Shown here piece after piece: positions 35,624-46,411 of a stretch of 64,000 bases of DNA. Below the pieces are notes generated by a model, which ran no database searches, was not told where the DNA came from, and saw nothing but the letters and a program-made list of their open reading frames with translations. Source of the stretch: an uncultured Gemmatimonadaceae bacterium. Its GTDB lineage: Bacteria > Gemmatimonadota > Gemmatimonadetes > Gemmatimonadales > Gemmatimonadaceae. The DNA lies in the NCBI GenBank assembly GCA_963781585.1, contig CAWAGQ010000004.1:960001-1024000 (forward strand). The letters run 5' to 3'. The stretch's first letter is position 1, and every line of letters starts with the position of its first letter. A program made the position numbers and the translations under genes.

Positions 35624-38329
35624 TCACTCGTCGCGCAACGCGACGGTCGGATCCACATGGGCCGCGCGCCAGGCGGGGAGGAAGCTGGCCACGAGGGCGA
35701 CGGCGAGGAGCGAACCGGACGCGACCGCCAGCAGTAACGGGTCGCGTGGCGAGACGTGAAACAGCAGCGGGGCCAGCACACGCCCGAGCGCGAGCGTGAG
35801 TGCGAGTCCCGTGAGTACGCCCAGTAGCGCACTGCGAACCCCGTCACCCACGACGAGCTTCAGGATCTGCTCCATTCGCGCGCCGAGGGCGACGCGTACC
35901 CCGAGCTCCGGGGTGCGCTGCAGTGTGTCGTAGGAGACGACGCTGTAGAGGCCCACCGCCGCCAGCACCAGCGCGGTCGCCCCGAAAATCACGAACAACG
36001 ACGCGCCGAGCCGCCAGGGTCGAACCTGCGGCTCGACGAGGGTCTGCAGCGGATCCACTCTGGCGTAGGGTAATCCACTCTCGATGCCCTGCATCGTCGC
36101 GCGGATCGCGCGCTCTGCTCCCGCAAGGTCCCCACGCGGTCGCACCATTACCACCCGGGACTCCGGTCCCTTCCACACCTCCTGCGGTTCGAGCACGAAA
36201 TACTGCGCCGAGCTGACGTCCTGCACGCTCTGGCGGCGGAAATCATGCACAATCCCGACCACCGTGAGGCACCTGGTATTGTTCCCTTCGATGTAGAGGC
36301 AGGTGCCGAGTGGATCGCGGCCGGGGTATTCGACGCGCGTCATCGTTTCGTTGATGACAGCCACCGGCGGCGCGCCGCGCACGTCGGTGGAGTCGAAGCC
36401 CCTGCCGCGGACGATGTGCATCCCCATGGTCGCGAAGTACTCGGGCCCCACGGCGTTGATGTACGGTCCGCCATCCTGCAGGGGCACCAGTGAGTCGAGT
36501 CCCGCGATCCGGAGGTTGGTGGCCCAGCTGCTGAAGAACGGGGCCGTCACTGCGATGCTGGCGCGCTCGACCTCGGGCAGCGCCGCAATGCGCTCGCGCG
36601 CGGTCCGGAAGAACGCGATTTGCTCGGGCGCCTTCTTCCCGACCGCATCCAGGTTCATGTCGGCGAGCAGGACGCGGTGCGCATCGTAGCCGAGATCGAC
36701 CTGGAGCACATTGCGCAGGCTCGCGACGAACATTGCCGCACCGGCAAGCAGCGTGACCGACAGGCTCCCCTGCACGACGAGAAGCGATCGGCGCAGGCGG
36801 GAACGCCGGTGCAATTCGCCGTGCATGCCCGCGCGCAGCACGCCGGCGACATCGCCCCGCAGCGCGTGTAGCGCCGGGGCGAGGCCACAGAGAAGGCCGC
36901 AGCCGAGCGACACCGCCGCCGCGACGACAAAGACGCGCCCGTCAACCACCGGATCGGCGCGGGAGAAATCCGGAAGCAGGAGGCGGCGCAACATCATTCC
37001 CCCCACCGCGGCGATAAGGAGCGCGGCCGCGCCGGCGCAGAGCGCCAGGGCGACGCTCTCCGTCAGCAGCTGCCCCATCAGGCGTGACCGGCTGATCCCA
37101 ACCGCCAGTCGCACCGCGATCTCCCGCCGTCGCTGCGACGCGCGTGTCACCAGCAGGTTGGCGATGTTCGCGGTGGCTACCAAAAGGAGTACGATCGACG
37201 TCGCCATCAGCAGCAGGGAGAGCCGGCTCGACGCCGTTGCCCCATCACCGGGGGCACGTCCCGGAATGATCGAGCCGAGTATCGCCGTGCCGTTGCGTTC
37301 CCCCTTGTTCTTCGCATGCGCGGCGCGATACACCAACGTTGCGCGTGCCGCCGCCTGCGTCTCCATCACCCCCGGCTTCAGTCGCACAACCACTCTTAGC
37401 CACTGCCAGTTGTACGTCGAGGCCCAGTCGGTAGTGATTGCGCGCGACGCCGCGGCGCTGATCGGAACGAAGACATCCACATCCGCGGTGCCGGTTCCGC
37501 GGAACCCTCTCGGCGCAACGCCGATGATCGTGAAGGGCCGGCCCTGCAGATCCAGCGTCTGGCCGATCACGTTACGTTCGCCGCCGAAGGCACGCTGCCA
37601 GTATCCGTACGACAGCACGACCACGGGCGTCCCGTCGGGAGGACGATCCTCATCCTCGGTGTAGAAACGGCCCAGAAAGGGTCGCGTCTCGAGGGTCGGG
37701 AAATAGCTCGCCGTGGTGAGCAGGGCGCGCACCTGGTCCGCGTCAGCACCGCGTCCCCGGGGCAAAGAGGTTGGATAGGCCGCGGCGGCGACTTCGATGA
37801 CGTCGTGCAGGCCCGCAATGTCGAGATAGTCCGGATACCCCTGGCTCGAATTGGTGAACGACCCCATGACGTCGAACGTCACCCGATGGTAGACAAACCG
37901 CAGGCCATCGGCCTCGCGGATCAGGGGTGCGGGACGCAGCAACAGCCGATCGACGATCCCGAACATCGCCGCGTTCGCCCCGATCCCGATCGCCAGCGTC
38001 CCGATCACGGTCGCGGCGAATCCCGGAGACCGACGCATGGTGCGCAGCGCGTAGGTCGCGTTCTGCGCGGCCGCGTCCAGCCAACTCCGCCATCGCGCGC
38101 GCCTGACGAGCCCCAGATCGATGCGACGCAACTCCGACCGCGCGCGGCCGACATCGCCGAATTCGGTCGCGGCGATCGCACGCGCGTCAGCCGGTGACGC
38201 CCCCTCACGAATCAGCGCATCCATCCGGGTTTCCAGGTGAAACCGGAGCTCGTCGTCGATCTCCCGGTTCACGGTCTCACGGCGGGGACGGACCCGCAAC
38301 AGCCGACGGAACGACCAGCCGCCGCTCAC
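35624..38329 (-). CDS. ADOP-type duplicated MacB/FtsX ABC permease
   Basis: N-terminal REIDDELRFHLE...AATEFG, RRSPGFAATVIGTLAIGIGANAAMF, RRREIAVRLAVG, VDPTVALRDE; GTGA overlap with padR. Confidence 0.9.
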   Translation of the reverse strand: MSGGWSFRRLLRVRPRRETVNREIDDELRFHLETRMDALIREGASPADARAIAATEFGDVGRARSELRRIDLGLVRRARWRSWLDAAAQNATYALRTMRRSPGFAATVIGTLAIGIGANAAMFGIVDRLLLRPAPLIREADGLRFVYHRVTFDVMGSFTNSSQGYPDYLDIAGLHDVIEVAAAAYPTSLPRGRGADADQVRALLTTASYFPTLETRPFLGRFYTEDEDRPPDGTPVVVLSYGYWQRAFGGERNVIGQTLDLQGRPFTIIGVAPRGFRGTGTADVDVFVPISAAASRAITTDWASTYNWQWLRVVVRLKPGVMETQAAARATLVYRAAHAKNKGERNGTAILGSIIPGRAPGDGATASSRLSLLLMATSIVLLLVATANIANLLVTRASQRRREIAVRLAVGISRSRLMGQLLTESVALALCAGAAALLIAAVGGMMLRRLLLPDFSRADPVVDGRVFVVAAAVSLGCGLLCGLAPALHALRGDVAGVLRAGMHGELHRRSRLRRSLLVVQGSLSVTLLAGAAMFVASLRNVLQVDLGYDAHRVLLADMNLDAVGKKAPEQIAFFRTARERIAALPEVERASIAVTAPFFSSWATNLRIAGLDSLVPLQDGGPYINAVGPEYFATMGMHIVRGRGFDSTDVRGAPPVAVINETMTRVEYPGRDPLGTCLYIEGNNTRCLTVVGIVHDFRRQSVQDVSSAQYFVLEPQEVWKGPESRVVMVRPRGDLAGAERAIRATMQGIESGLPYARVDPLQTLVEPQVRPWRLGASLFVIFGATALVLAAVGLYSVVSYDTLQRTPELGVRVALGARMEQILKLVVGDGVRSALLGVLTGLALTLALGRVLAPLLFHVSPRDPLLLAVASGSLLAVALVASFLPAWRAAHVDPTVALRDE

Positions 38330-38673
38330 GTGGACGCCTGCGAGGGGTTCGATCGCAGCACCCCGAACACTGCGTCCACGTATCGCGTCCAGCGCGCCGT
38401 CTCGGAGCGAAGGGCGCGACGCCCTTCCGTCGTCAGCCGGTAGTACTTCGCTTTGCGGTTGTTTTCCGACACGCCCCACTCACTCTCAACGAATCGCCGC
38501 GCCTCGAGCCGGTGCAGCGCGACATAGAGGGCGCGATCCTCAACCGCCAGCGCCTCCTTGCTCGACGTCTTGATCCAGCGGGCGACCGCGTAGCCATGAC
38601 GAGGTCCCCAGGAAAGGGTCTTGAGGACCAGCAGATCGAGCGTCCCCTGCACCAGGTCGAGCTCGGACGTCAT
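38326..38673 (-). CDS. PadR-family transcriptional regulator (ADOP-associated type)
   Basis: DLVQGTLDLLVLKTL, HGYAVARWI, LYVALHRLE, WGVSENNRKAKYYRLT. Confidence 0.93.
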   Translation of the reverse strand: MTSELDLVQGTLDLLVLKTLSWGPRHGYAVARWIKTSSKEALAVEDRALYVALHRLEARRFVESEWGVSENNRKAKYYRLTTEGRRALRSETARWTRYVDAVFGVLRSNPSQAST

Positions 38674-38681
38674 CGGATCGC

Positions 38682-38702
38682 TCCCCGGAAGTGTTCCGGG
38701 GA
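38682..38702. promoter_or_regulatory. Putative PadR operator overlapping the padR RBS
   Basis: Perfect inverted repeat TCCCCGGAA-GTG-TTCCGGGGA, 8 nt upstream of the padR ATG. Confidence 0.6.
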
Positions 38703-38775
38703 ATGATAGGAATCCGGGGTGGCCTCGGCAAGGGTCGGACGGTTCGCGGTGCACAGGCGTGTCGCAGCCCGGGCG

Positions 38776-38852
38776 CACGACCTATGACCTTGGGTTTTCG
38801 GCCTCTGGCCTCTGCCCCCTGACCTTTGCCACGTGGCCTATCGCCTGTGGCC
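38776..38852. repeat. Degenerate heptamer tandem repeat, about 11 units, consensus TNTGGCC
   Basis: CACGACC TATGACC TTGGGTT TTCGGCC TCTGGCC TCTGCCC CCTGACC TTTGCCA CGTGGCC TATCGCC TGTGGCC. Confidence 0.65.
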
Positions 38853-38853
38853 A

Positions 38854-40815
38854 CTATCTCGCCGCTTCCCCTTCGAGATAGGTGTACCCTTCCAGTCCGG
38901 CCACGTACTCCGCAATGAAGCTGTTCGATTCCTGACGCGTCAGCGCCGTCGCCGCGGCCACCTTGCGCCGGAATCGCGCCAGCAGGTCCGCCGCGTTGAA
39001 CTGCACATAATTGAGCACCTCGGTGACCGTGTCCCCTCGCACCAGATCGGTGACCTCGTAGCCCGATTCGCCGAGCCGCACGTGGACGGCATTCGTGTCA
39101 CCAAACAGGTTGTGCAGATCGCCGAGTATTTCCTGATACGCACCCGTCAGGAACACCCCCAGGACGTACTGCTCGCCATCGCGGAATTCGTGGAGCTGCA
39201 CGCTCGGCTGGCCGCCCTTGTTGCCCACGAATCGGTCGATCTTGCCATCGGAATCACAGGTGATGTCCTGCAGCGTGCCGCGGCGCAGGGGGCGCTCGTC
39301 GAGCCGGTGCACCGGCATGATCGGAAACAACTGGTCGATCGCCCACGAATCCGGCAGCGACTGGAAGAGCGAGAAGTTGCAGAAGTAGCGGTCGACCAGC
39401 ACCGCACGGATGTCGGCCGTGATCTCGTCGAATCCGTTCGGATTCTCGTCCACGATGTGGCCGATCCGGTTCATCGTGGCGAAGTAGATCGTCTCCGCCA
39501 TCGCCCGATGGCGGAGCGTAATGACGCCGGTATTGAACAGCTGCTGCGCGCGTTCCTTGTCGAACGACGCATCGTGGCAGATCTCGACGATCTTGCGCTT
39601 CGGGATCCGCTTCCGGGAGACGGTGCGGCAGTCCTCCATCATCTCCTTCAGCAGCGCCGGATCGTCGGCCGTGAGTTCCGGAACCACTGGATCGGCCTGG
39701 GACTCGACGTCGATGACCTTCAGCAGCAGCAGCGCGTGATGGGCGGTGAGGGCCCGCCCCGACTCGCTGATGATGTGCGGCATCGGCAACCCGCGATTGC
39801 GGCATGCCTCGCCGATCGTGTACACGACGTCGTTGGCGTACTCCTGCAGCGTGTAATTCACGCTCGCCTGCGACGTGGAGTTGCTGCCGTCGTAGTCCAC
39901 CCCCAGGCCGCCTCCAACATCGATGTGCGTGATGTCCACGCCCAGCGCGCGCAGCTCGATGTAGAACCGCGTGATCTCCTGCAGCGCGGTCTTGATGTAG
40001 CGGATGTCGGTGATCTGGCTGCCGAGGTGGAAGTGGATGAGCTTGAGAATGTCCAGCTGGCCCAGTTCCCGGAGGCGGTCCACCAGTTTGACCAGCTCGG
40101 GAGCCGTGAGGCCGAACTTCGACTTCTCCCCGCCGCTGGTCGCCCACCGCCCCGACCCCTCGGTCGCGAGCTTGATGCGCACACCGGCCTGCGGTACCGC
40201 GTCCAGGTCGCGCGCCGCATCGAGCAGGACGTCGAGTTCGCTCAGCTGCTCGAGGACGATGAACACGCGGTGACCCAGTTTCTGGCCCATCAGGGCCAGC
40301 CGCATGAACTCTTCGTCCTTGTATCCGTTACAGACGATGACGTGTTGAGTCGACTCCGACAGGCCGAGTACCGCCTGCAGCTCGGGCTTCGAACCGCACT
40401 CCAGTCCAACCTGATGCTTCGTCCCGAACTCGACGATCTCCTCCACCACGTGCCGCTGCTGATTTACCTTGATCGGATACACCGTCGTGTAGCCGCCGGA
40501 ATACTCGAATTCGCGGATCGCCGACGCGAATCGCTCGCAGAGCGATTCGATGCGGGCACGCAGAATGTCGGAGAAGCGGAGCAGGACCGGCAGGGCAATG
40601 CCCTGCTCCTCGAGGTCCATTGCCAACTCGTACAGGTCGAGTGTGCGCTCCGCGCGCTCGGGGTCGGGATGGACGACTACGTGTCCCGCATCGTTGATGT
40701 CGAAGAACCCGATGCCCCAGCCGTCGACGTTGTAGAGTTCCCTGGCATCGTCGACAGTCCAGTCCCTGGACGGCGCCGCCGGAGGAGCCGCCGCCGGAAC
40801 GCGGGTACTTGTCAT
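38854..40815 (-). CDS. speA: Biosynthetic arginine decarboxylase
   Basis: VYPIKVNQ (PLP Lys), GLECGSKPEL, HFHLGSQI, DVGGGLGVDYDG, NFSLFQSLPDSWAIDQLFP, DITCDSDG. Confidence 0.96.
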   Translation of the reverse strand: MTSTRVPAAAPPAAPSRDWTVDDARELYNVDGWGIGFFDINDAGHVVVHPDPERAERTLDLYELAMDLEEQGIALPVLLRFSDILRARIESLCERFASAIREFEYSGGYTTVYPIKVNQQRHVVEEIVEFGTKHQVGLECGSKPELQAVLGLSESTQHVIVCNGYKDEEFMRLALMGQKLGHRVFIVLEQLSELDVLLDAARDLDAVPQAGVRIKLATEGSGRWATSGGEKSKFGLTAPELVKLVDRLRELGQLDILKLIHFHLGSQITDIRYIKTALQEITRFYIELRALGVDITHIDVGGGLGVDYDGSNSTSQASVNYTLQEYANDVVYTIGEACRNRGLPMPHIISESGRALTAHHALLLLKVIDVESQADPVVPELTADDPALLKEMMEDCRTVSRKRIPKRKIVEICHDASFDKERAQQLFNTGVITLRHRAMAETIYFATMNRIGHIVDENPNGFDEITADIRAVLVDRYFCNFSLFQSLPDSWAIDQLFPIMPVHRLDERPLRRGTLQDITCDSDGKIDRFVGNKGGQPSVQLHEFRDGEQYVLGVFLTGAYQEILGDLHNLFGDTNAVHVRLGESGYEVTDLVRGDTVTEVLNYVQFNAADLLARFRRKVAAATALTRQESNSFIAEYVAGLEGYTYLEGEAAR

Positions 40816-40869
40816 GGCGCGAACTATATGTGATCTGCGGCGCTGGAGTCCAGTGGGCGGAGCCGCTCG

Positions 40870-41685
40870 TTACCCCATCGCGCGGCGCATGAAACTGCGC
40901 ACGCCCAGCGAGGCGAATCCGAGCGTCACCACCAGCATGGCCGCCGACGCGACCGGCAATGGCATGTGCGGGATCTCCGGCGTGAGTGCGCCGCGCATCG
41001 CCTCGGCGACGTACACCATCGGATTGACCAGCACGCCGTACTTGAACGCCGGCACCGCATCGAGTCCGCGCCACGGATAATACGCGCAGCCGAACATCAG
41101 CATCGGCGCGATGATGATGCTGAACATCAATCCGATCTGCTGAGGGTTGATGGACGTTCCCATCCACAGCCCGAGCGACGCGAACGCTGCCGATCCGAGC
41201 AACGTGACGCTGAATGCCAGTCCGGCGTGCCCCAACGTCAGTCCGGGAACGGGGCCCATGATCAGGCGGGCCGCCGGCAGCACCACGATCGCCGCGATGA
41301 CTCCCTGCAGCGATCCGGATACCAGCTTCTCCACAGCGATCAGGCGGATCGGCACGGGCGCCAGCAGCCGGTCCTCGATTTCCCGGGTCCACCCGAAGTC
41401 CTGCATCATCGGCAGCGACACCGATTGCACCGACGACATCGTCAGGCTCACCGCCAGGATGCCCGGCAGCAACGCCGTCGTGTACCCTCCGCGGATGAAT
41501 CCCATGCGCGGCAGCAAGAACCCGAAGACCACCAGAAAGAGCACCGGCTGCATGACCGTGCGGATGAGAAAGAACGGCAGCTCACGCCTCGCCACGCGCA
41601 CGTCGCGCAGCAGCAACGCCCCGAAGACCCCCAGGGGACTTGGGGCCGGCCTTCGGAGTTCCGGGAGAACGGCCGCGTCGGTCAA
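40870..41685 (-). CDS. ABC-2 type exporter permease
   Basis: Six TM; REIEDRLLAPV, VNPMVYVAEAMRGAL; TTG start overlaps the ATPase stop. Confidence 0.88.
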   Translation of the reverse strand: MTDAAVLPELRRPAPSPLGVFGALLLRDVRVARRELPFFLIRTVMQPVLFLVVFGFLLPRMGFIRGGYTTALLPGILAVSLTMSSVQSVSLPMMQDFGWTREIEDRLLAPVPIRLIAVEKLVSGSLQGVIAAIVVLPAARLIMGPVPGLTLGHAGLAFSVTLLGSAAFASLGLWMGTSINPQQIGLMFSIIIAPMLMFGCAYYPWRGLDAVPAFKYGVLVNPMVYVAEAMRGALTPEIPHMPLPVASAAMLVVTLGFASLGVRSFMRRAMG

Positions 41686-42704
41686 TCGAGTTTCCGTCCG
41701 GTGAGCGAAATGAACAGGCTCTCGAGGCTCGGGCTCGTCAGGTGGATGTTGCGAACCTGACGGCCGCTCGCTCCGGCGGCGGCGATCAGCGCGGGGATGA
41801 TCTCCCCTCCCCGTTGACTGTAGGCACGGAGCTCGGCGCCGTGCGCTTCGACCCGCCGCACGCCACCCACGTGATCGGCGCGGGCGGCCGTATCGGACGC
41901 ATCGCCATCCAGCATCAGTTCCACGAGCGTGCCTTCCGGGGCCTTCGACTTGAGCGCCGCCGGCGTATCCACAGCGAGCAGCTTCCCTCGATCCATGATG
42001 GCGACGCGCTCGCACAGCTGGTCGGCCTCTTCCATATAGTGCGTCGTCATGACAATCGTCCGACCCTGACGGTGCAGGTCGCGAAGGATTCCCCAGAGAT
42101 CCAGCCGCGCCTGCGGATCGAGCCCCACGGTCGGCTCGTCCAGGAACAGCACCTCGGGCTCGTGAATCAGCGCGCGGGCGATCATCAGGCGCTGTTGCTG
42201 CCCTCCCGAGAGCTGATCGACCTTCGCGCTCTCGCGCCCCTGGAGTTCCAGGCGCGCGAGGAGTCCGCGCGCACGCCGCTCCGCGTCGCTCATGGAAAAC
42301 CCGAAGTACGCCGCGTGAAAGACCAGATTCTCCAGCGCCGTCAGGCTGCGGTCCGGATTGGGACGCTGGGGAACCACGCCAATGCGCTGCCGAACCGCGA
42401 CGGCATGCGTCGCCACATCCGCCCCTGCGACAAGCGCGCGGCCCGAGGTCGCGCGAACCCGCGTCGTGAGGATACCGATCGTGGTGGTCTTGCCGGCGCC
42501 GTTGGGTCCCAGCAAGCCGAAGAACTCGCCCGTGCTCACCGTGAGATCGATGGCGTCGAGGGCGATGATTGCCCCTCCCCCGGACGGCGCCGGTGCCATG
42601 CCAACCGGAGGCGGCAATCGCGACGGCACGGCCGGCATGCGCCGGCGGCCATTCGCCGCCGGATACACCTTGCGCAGCGCTTCCGTGACAATGGCGTCGG
42701 CCAT
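41682..42704 (-). CDS. ABC exporter ATP-binding protein (DrrA/NodI-like)
   Basis: GPNGAGKTT, LSGGQQQR, LFLDEPTVGLDP, TTHYMEEAD; start ATG 42704. Confidence 0.93.
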   Translation of the reverse strand: MADAIVTEALRKVYPAANGRRRMPAVPSRLPPPVGMAPAPSGGGAIIALDAIDLTVSTGEFFGLLGPNGAGKTTTIGILTTRVRATSGRALVAGADVATHAVAVRQRIGVVPQRPNPDRSLTALENLVFHAAYFGFSMSDAERRARGLLARLELQGRESAKVDQLSGGQQQRLMIARALIHEPEVLFLDEPTVGLDPQARLDLWGILRDLHRQGRTIVMTTHYMEEADQLCERVAIMDRGKLLAVDTPAALKSKAPEGTLVELMLDGDASDTAARADHVGGVRRVEAHGAELRAYSQRGGEIIPALIAAAGASGRQVRNIHLTSPSLESLFISLTGRKLD

Positions 42705-42916
42705 GGGCCACAATGTATCGGTGGCGCCGGAAGGTGTCAGCTCGCCTCGACAAGTCGTTGCACAATGCCGGCGACAAGAAAGCAACTCTGGCCTTCACGC
42801 GGAAGCACCACGGGGCCGACCTTCCGGATCAGGACTGGTCCCCGGGGTGTGACCGGGGACAGCTTTCCGTGAAGAAAGTGCGTGCCAAACCGGTCTGACG
42901 ATCGCCTGGAGGCCGA

Positions 42917-44362
42917 TTGCTTCTCAAGCGCTTCTATCACGAGGGACTCGCACACGCCAGTTACCTCGTTGGGTGTCAGCAGACAGGGGACGCGCTGGTG
43001 GTCGACGGCAATCGCGACTTCGACCAGTACGTCCAGGCGGCGTCCGACAACGGCCTGCGTATCACCCACGTGGTGGAGACGCACATCCACGCCGACTTCC
43101 TTTCCGGGTCACGCGAACTCGCGGCACGAGTCGGTGCGCGGCTCTACCTCTCGGGCGAGGGGGGACCGGACTGGCAGTACGCGTTCGCGGACCAGGCGCG
43201 CGCCGACTTGCTGCGTGACGGCAATCGTTTCCACGTCGGCAACGTCCGTCTGGACGTGATCCATACACCGGGGCACACGCCTGAGCACCTGACCTTCGTC
43301 GTGACCGACACCCTCGCATCGGAGCGCCCCGTCGGCGCGCTCACCGGTGACTTCATTTTCGTTGGCGACGTGGGTCGGCCGGACCTGCTCGAGCGCGCCG
43401 CCGGTGTGGAGGGGACGATGCGCGCCGGCGCGAAGCTCTTGTTCGAGTCGCTCCGGCGGTTCACGGAGCACTACCCGGACTACCTGCAACTCTGGCCGGC
43501 GCACGGAGCCGGCTCGGCCTGCGGGAAATCCCTGGGTGCCGTACCGCAGACCACGCTGGGCTATGAAAAGCTCGTCAACTGGGCGTTTCAGATCGACGAT
43601 GAAGCCCAGTTCGCCGAAGCAGTCCTCGAGGGACAGCCCGAGCCACCACGCTACTTCGCCATGATGAAGCGACTGAATCGCGATGGGCCTCCCAGCCTGC
43701 CGCGAACCGCGGCCCTGCGACAGGACGCGGCGTCGATCAGACACGCTGTGCAGCGAGACCTGGTCGTCGATCTCCGACAGCCCGCGGCGTTCGGCGGCGG
43801 CTTCATTCCCGGGACCATCAACATTCCGCTCACGCGCAAGTTCGTCAGCTACGCCGGCTGGCTGCTGCCGTACGACCGCGACATCTACCTCCTCTCGGAC
43901 GATGCCGGCGATGCGTCTTTCCGCGCGGCGGCGAGCGAGCTCTCGATGATTGGAATCGACCGCGTGGCAGGCTGGTTCGACGCCACGGCACTCGCCGCCT
44001 GGCAGGCATCGGGCGCGGCCCTGGCCGACCTTCCTCGCGTGACGCCGGGGGAACTGGCAGCGCTGATCGAGCAGGGAGACGTGACCGTGGTGGACGTGCG
44101 TGCGGAGAGCGAGTTCAGCGAGGGACGGGTACCGGGCTCGATCGTCGTTCCGCTGAGTCATCTGGCAGAACGCGTCCGTGACGTGCCGCGCGAGGCGCGC
44201 ATGGTACTGGTCTGCCAGAGCGGAACGCGATCGGCGATCGGCGCGAGCGTGCTGGCGTCCCTGGGCTTCCGCTCGATCGCGAACATGCCAGGTGGAGTCG
44301 TGGAATGGGCGAGAGCCGGGCTCCCGCTGGAGCGCGACTCCGCCGCTCTCGCCGCATCCTGA
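42917..44362 (+). CDS. MBL-fold persulfide dioxygenase-like hydrolase fused to rhodanese domains (CstB/Blh-like)
   Basis: ETHIHADF, HTPGHTPEH, GDVGRPDL, PAHGAGSACG; C-terminal rhodanese CQSGTRS; TTG start with GGAGG. Confidence 0.9.
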   Translation: MLLKRFYHEGLAHASYLVGCQQTGDALVVDGNRDFDQYVQAASDNGLRITHVVETHIHADFLSGSRELAARVGARLYLSGEGGPDWQYAFADQARADLLRDGNRFHVGNVRLDVIHTPGHTPEHLTFVVTDTLASERPVGALTGDFIFVGDVGRPDLLERAAGVEGTMRAGAKLLFESLRRFTEHYPDYLQLWPAHGAGSACGKSLGAVPQTTLGYEKLVNWAFQIDDEAQFAEAVLEGQPEPPRYFAMMKRLNRDGPPSLPRTAALRQDAASIRHAVQRDLVVDLRQPAAFGGGFIPGTINIPLTRKFVSYAGWLLPYDRDIYLLSDDAGDASFRAAASELSMIGIDRVAGWFDATALAAWQASGAALADLPRVTPGELAALIEQGDVTVVDVRAESEFSEGRVPGSIVVPLSHLAERVRDVPREARMVLVCQSGTRSAIGASVLASLGFRSIANMPGGVVEWARAGLPLERDSAALAAS

Positions 44363-44370
44363 GCCAGGGC

Positions 44371-44964
44371 ATGAACCCGACCCGCCGTCTGCTCCGGTAC
44401 TTCTTTCGCGGCCTGATCTTTCTCGCGCCGGTCGCCATCACCCTCTGGATCTGCGTGTGGCTGTTCCAGGAGATCGACGGGTGGATGGGGATCGGGATTC
44501 CCGGCCTCGGCTTCGTGGCCACGATCGCCTTCATCACGCTGTTCGGCTTCCTCGCCTCCGGGCTCTTCACCCGCGGCGTGATAGCGACCGTCGAGAGGGT
44601 GCTCAATCGCGTTCCCTTCGTACGTCTCGTCTACGCGTCCACCCGCGACCTGGTGAACGCGTTCGTCGGCGAGAAACGGAGCTTCGACAAGCCGGTGCTG
44701 GTCCAGTTGTTCAGCGGCGGACACGCGCGAGCGTTTGGATTCGTCACCAAGCAGTCGCTGGAGCAGCTCGGCCTCCACGAATACGTCACAGTGTACCTGC
44801 CGCAATCGTATCACTTCGCCGGCCAGCTCTACGTTTTCCCGGCATCGGCGGTCGAGCACTTGAATGCCAGCAGCGCCGACGTGATGGCATTCATCGTCTC
44901 GGGCGGCGTCACGGACGTTCCGAGGCCCGCCCCAACCGGAATCGCGACCCCCGCGCCCGACTGA
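44371..44964 (+). CDS. DUF502-family membrane protein
   Basis: YFFRGLIFLAPVAIT, RVPFVRLVY, VYLPQSYHFAG, AFIVSGGV. Confidence 0.85.
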   Translation: MNPTRRLLRYFFRGLIFLAPVAITLWICVWLFQEIDGWMGIGIPGLGFVATIAFITLFGFLASGLFTRGVIATVERVLNRVPFVRLVYASTRDLVNAFVGEKRSFDKPVLVQLFSGGHARAFGFVTKQSLEQLGLHEYVTVYLPQSYHFAGQLYVFPASAVEHLNASSADVMAFIVSGGVTDVPRPAPTGIATPAPD

Positions 44965-45055
44965 GGACCAGCGTCCGGAGAATACCCCGTGACGCGTTCC
45001 GGTTCGGTGCGCGGGCGGTAATATCCGGAAAGAACTCACACCGGATACTCATACA

Positions 45056-46411
45056 ATGCGCGCGACGCACGCGTCCCCCCTGCACTCCGCGTTCCGGCGA
45101 TCCGCTCTTGCCGCACTCGCCGTCTCCTCCCTGGCGCACGCGCAGCCGACGGGCGCGCCCCAGACTCCCGCCCGCAGCATCCTGCTTCGGCCGGCGCACA
45201 TCTTCGACGGCGTCAGCGCGCAACTGCAGAGCGGCTCGGTGGTGTTGGTGCGGGGCGATCAGATCGTGGCGGTCGGAGCGGCATCGCAGATCACCGTGCC
45301 ACCGGGGACGGAGGTCGTGGAGCTGCCGAATCTGACCCTGCTCCCCGGACTCATCGACGCGCACTCCCACGTCCTCCTGCACCCGTACAACGAAGCCACC
45401 TGGGATGACCAGGTCCTCAAGGAACCGTTAGGGATGCGCGTGGCGCGGGCCACCGTGAGTCTGCGCAACACGCTGATGGCCGGTTTCACGTTACTTCGCG
45501 ACCTCGGCACCGAGGGAGCCGGATACGCTGATGTCGGACTCAAGCAGGCGATCGAGCGCGACGTGATCCCCGGTCCACGGATGATCGTCGTGACCCGCGC
45601 CATCGTGATGAAGGGGAGCTATGGCCCCAGGGGTTTCGCCCCGGAAGTGGACGTCCCCCAGGGCGCCGAAGAGGCCGCCGGTCTGGAAGATCTCTCGCGA
45701 ATCGTGCGCGACCAGATTCGGCGCGGCGCGGACTGGATCAAGGTGTACGCCGACTACCGTTGGGGCCCGAACGGCGAGGCGCGCCCGGCGTTCACGCTGG
45801 AAGAGCTCCAGCGCGTCGTCGAAATCGCCAGCAGCAGCGGCCGTCCGGTGGCGGCGCATTCCACCACCGCCGAAGGAATGCGCCGGGCCGCGATGGCCGG
45901 CGTCACCACCATCGAGCACGGTGACAACGGCACTCCCGAGGTATTCAGACTGATGGCCGAGAAGGGAGTGGCGCTCTGTCCCACGCTCGCCGCCGGTGAC
46001 GCCACGCTCTCCTACAGGGGGTGGCGTCGCGGGGTCGATCCGGATCCCCCGTCAATCCAGGCCAAACGGGCAAGCTTCAAGGCGGCTCTGGAGGCGGGAG
46101 TGACCATCTGCAATGGCAGCGACGTCGGCGTGTTTACACATGGTGACAACGCCCGCGAGATCGAGTTGCTCGTGAACTACGGAATGACACCCGCCCAGGC
46201 CCTCATCACCGCCACCAGCGTGACAGCCCGCGTGCTGCGGCTGGAGAATCGACTTGGCGCGGTCAAGCCGGGATTGTGGGCGGATTTGATCGCCGTCGAC
46301 GGCGATCCAACGCACGACATCTCGGCTCTGCACAACGTGAAGTTCGTGATGAAAGGCGGCCGTGTGTATTTCGGGCCGGGGATCGCGCCCGACCAGCGGA
46401 GGGTGCGATAG
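45056..46411 (+). CDS. Secreted metal-dependent amidohydrolase (Xaa-Pro dipeptidase-like)
   Basis: Signal peptide; [46 protein letters not shown]. Confidence 0.88.
   Translation: MRATHASPLHSAFRRSALAALAVSSLAHAQPTGAPQTPARSILLRPAHIFDGVSAQLQSGSVVLVRGDQIVAVGAASQITVPPGTEVVELPNLTLLPGLIDAHSHVLLHPYNEATWDDQVLKEPLGMRVARATVSLRNTLMAGFTLLRDLGTEGAGYADVGLKQAIERDVIPGPRMIVVTRAIVMKGSYGPRGFAPEVDVPQGAEEAAGLEDLSRIVRDQIRRGADWIKVYADYRWGPNGEARPAFTLEELQRVVEIASSSGRPVAAHSTTAEGMRRAAMAGVTTIEHGDNGTPEVFRLMAEKGVALCPTLAAGDATLSYRGWRRGVDPDPPSIQAKRASFKAALEAGVTICNGSDVGVFTHGDNAREIELLVNYGMTPAQALITATSVTARVLRLENRLGAVKPGLWADLIAVDGDPTHDISALHNVKFVMKGGRVYFGPGIAPDQRRVR

Noticed and set aside
38776..38852. CRISPR array
   Set aside because: 7-bp degenerate units without spacers; no cas genes; no 23-47 bp direct repeats seen anywhere in the window
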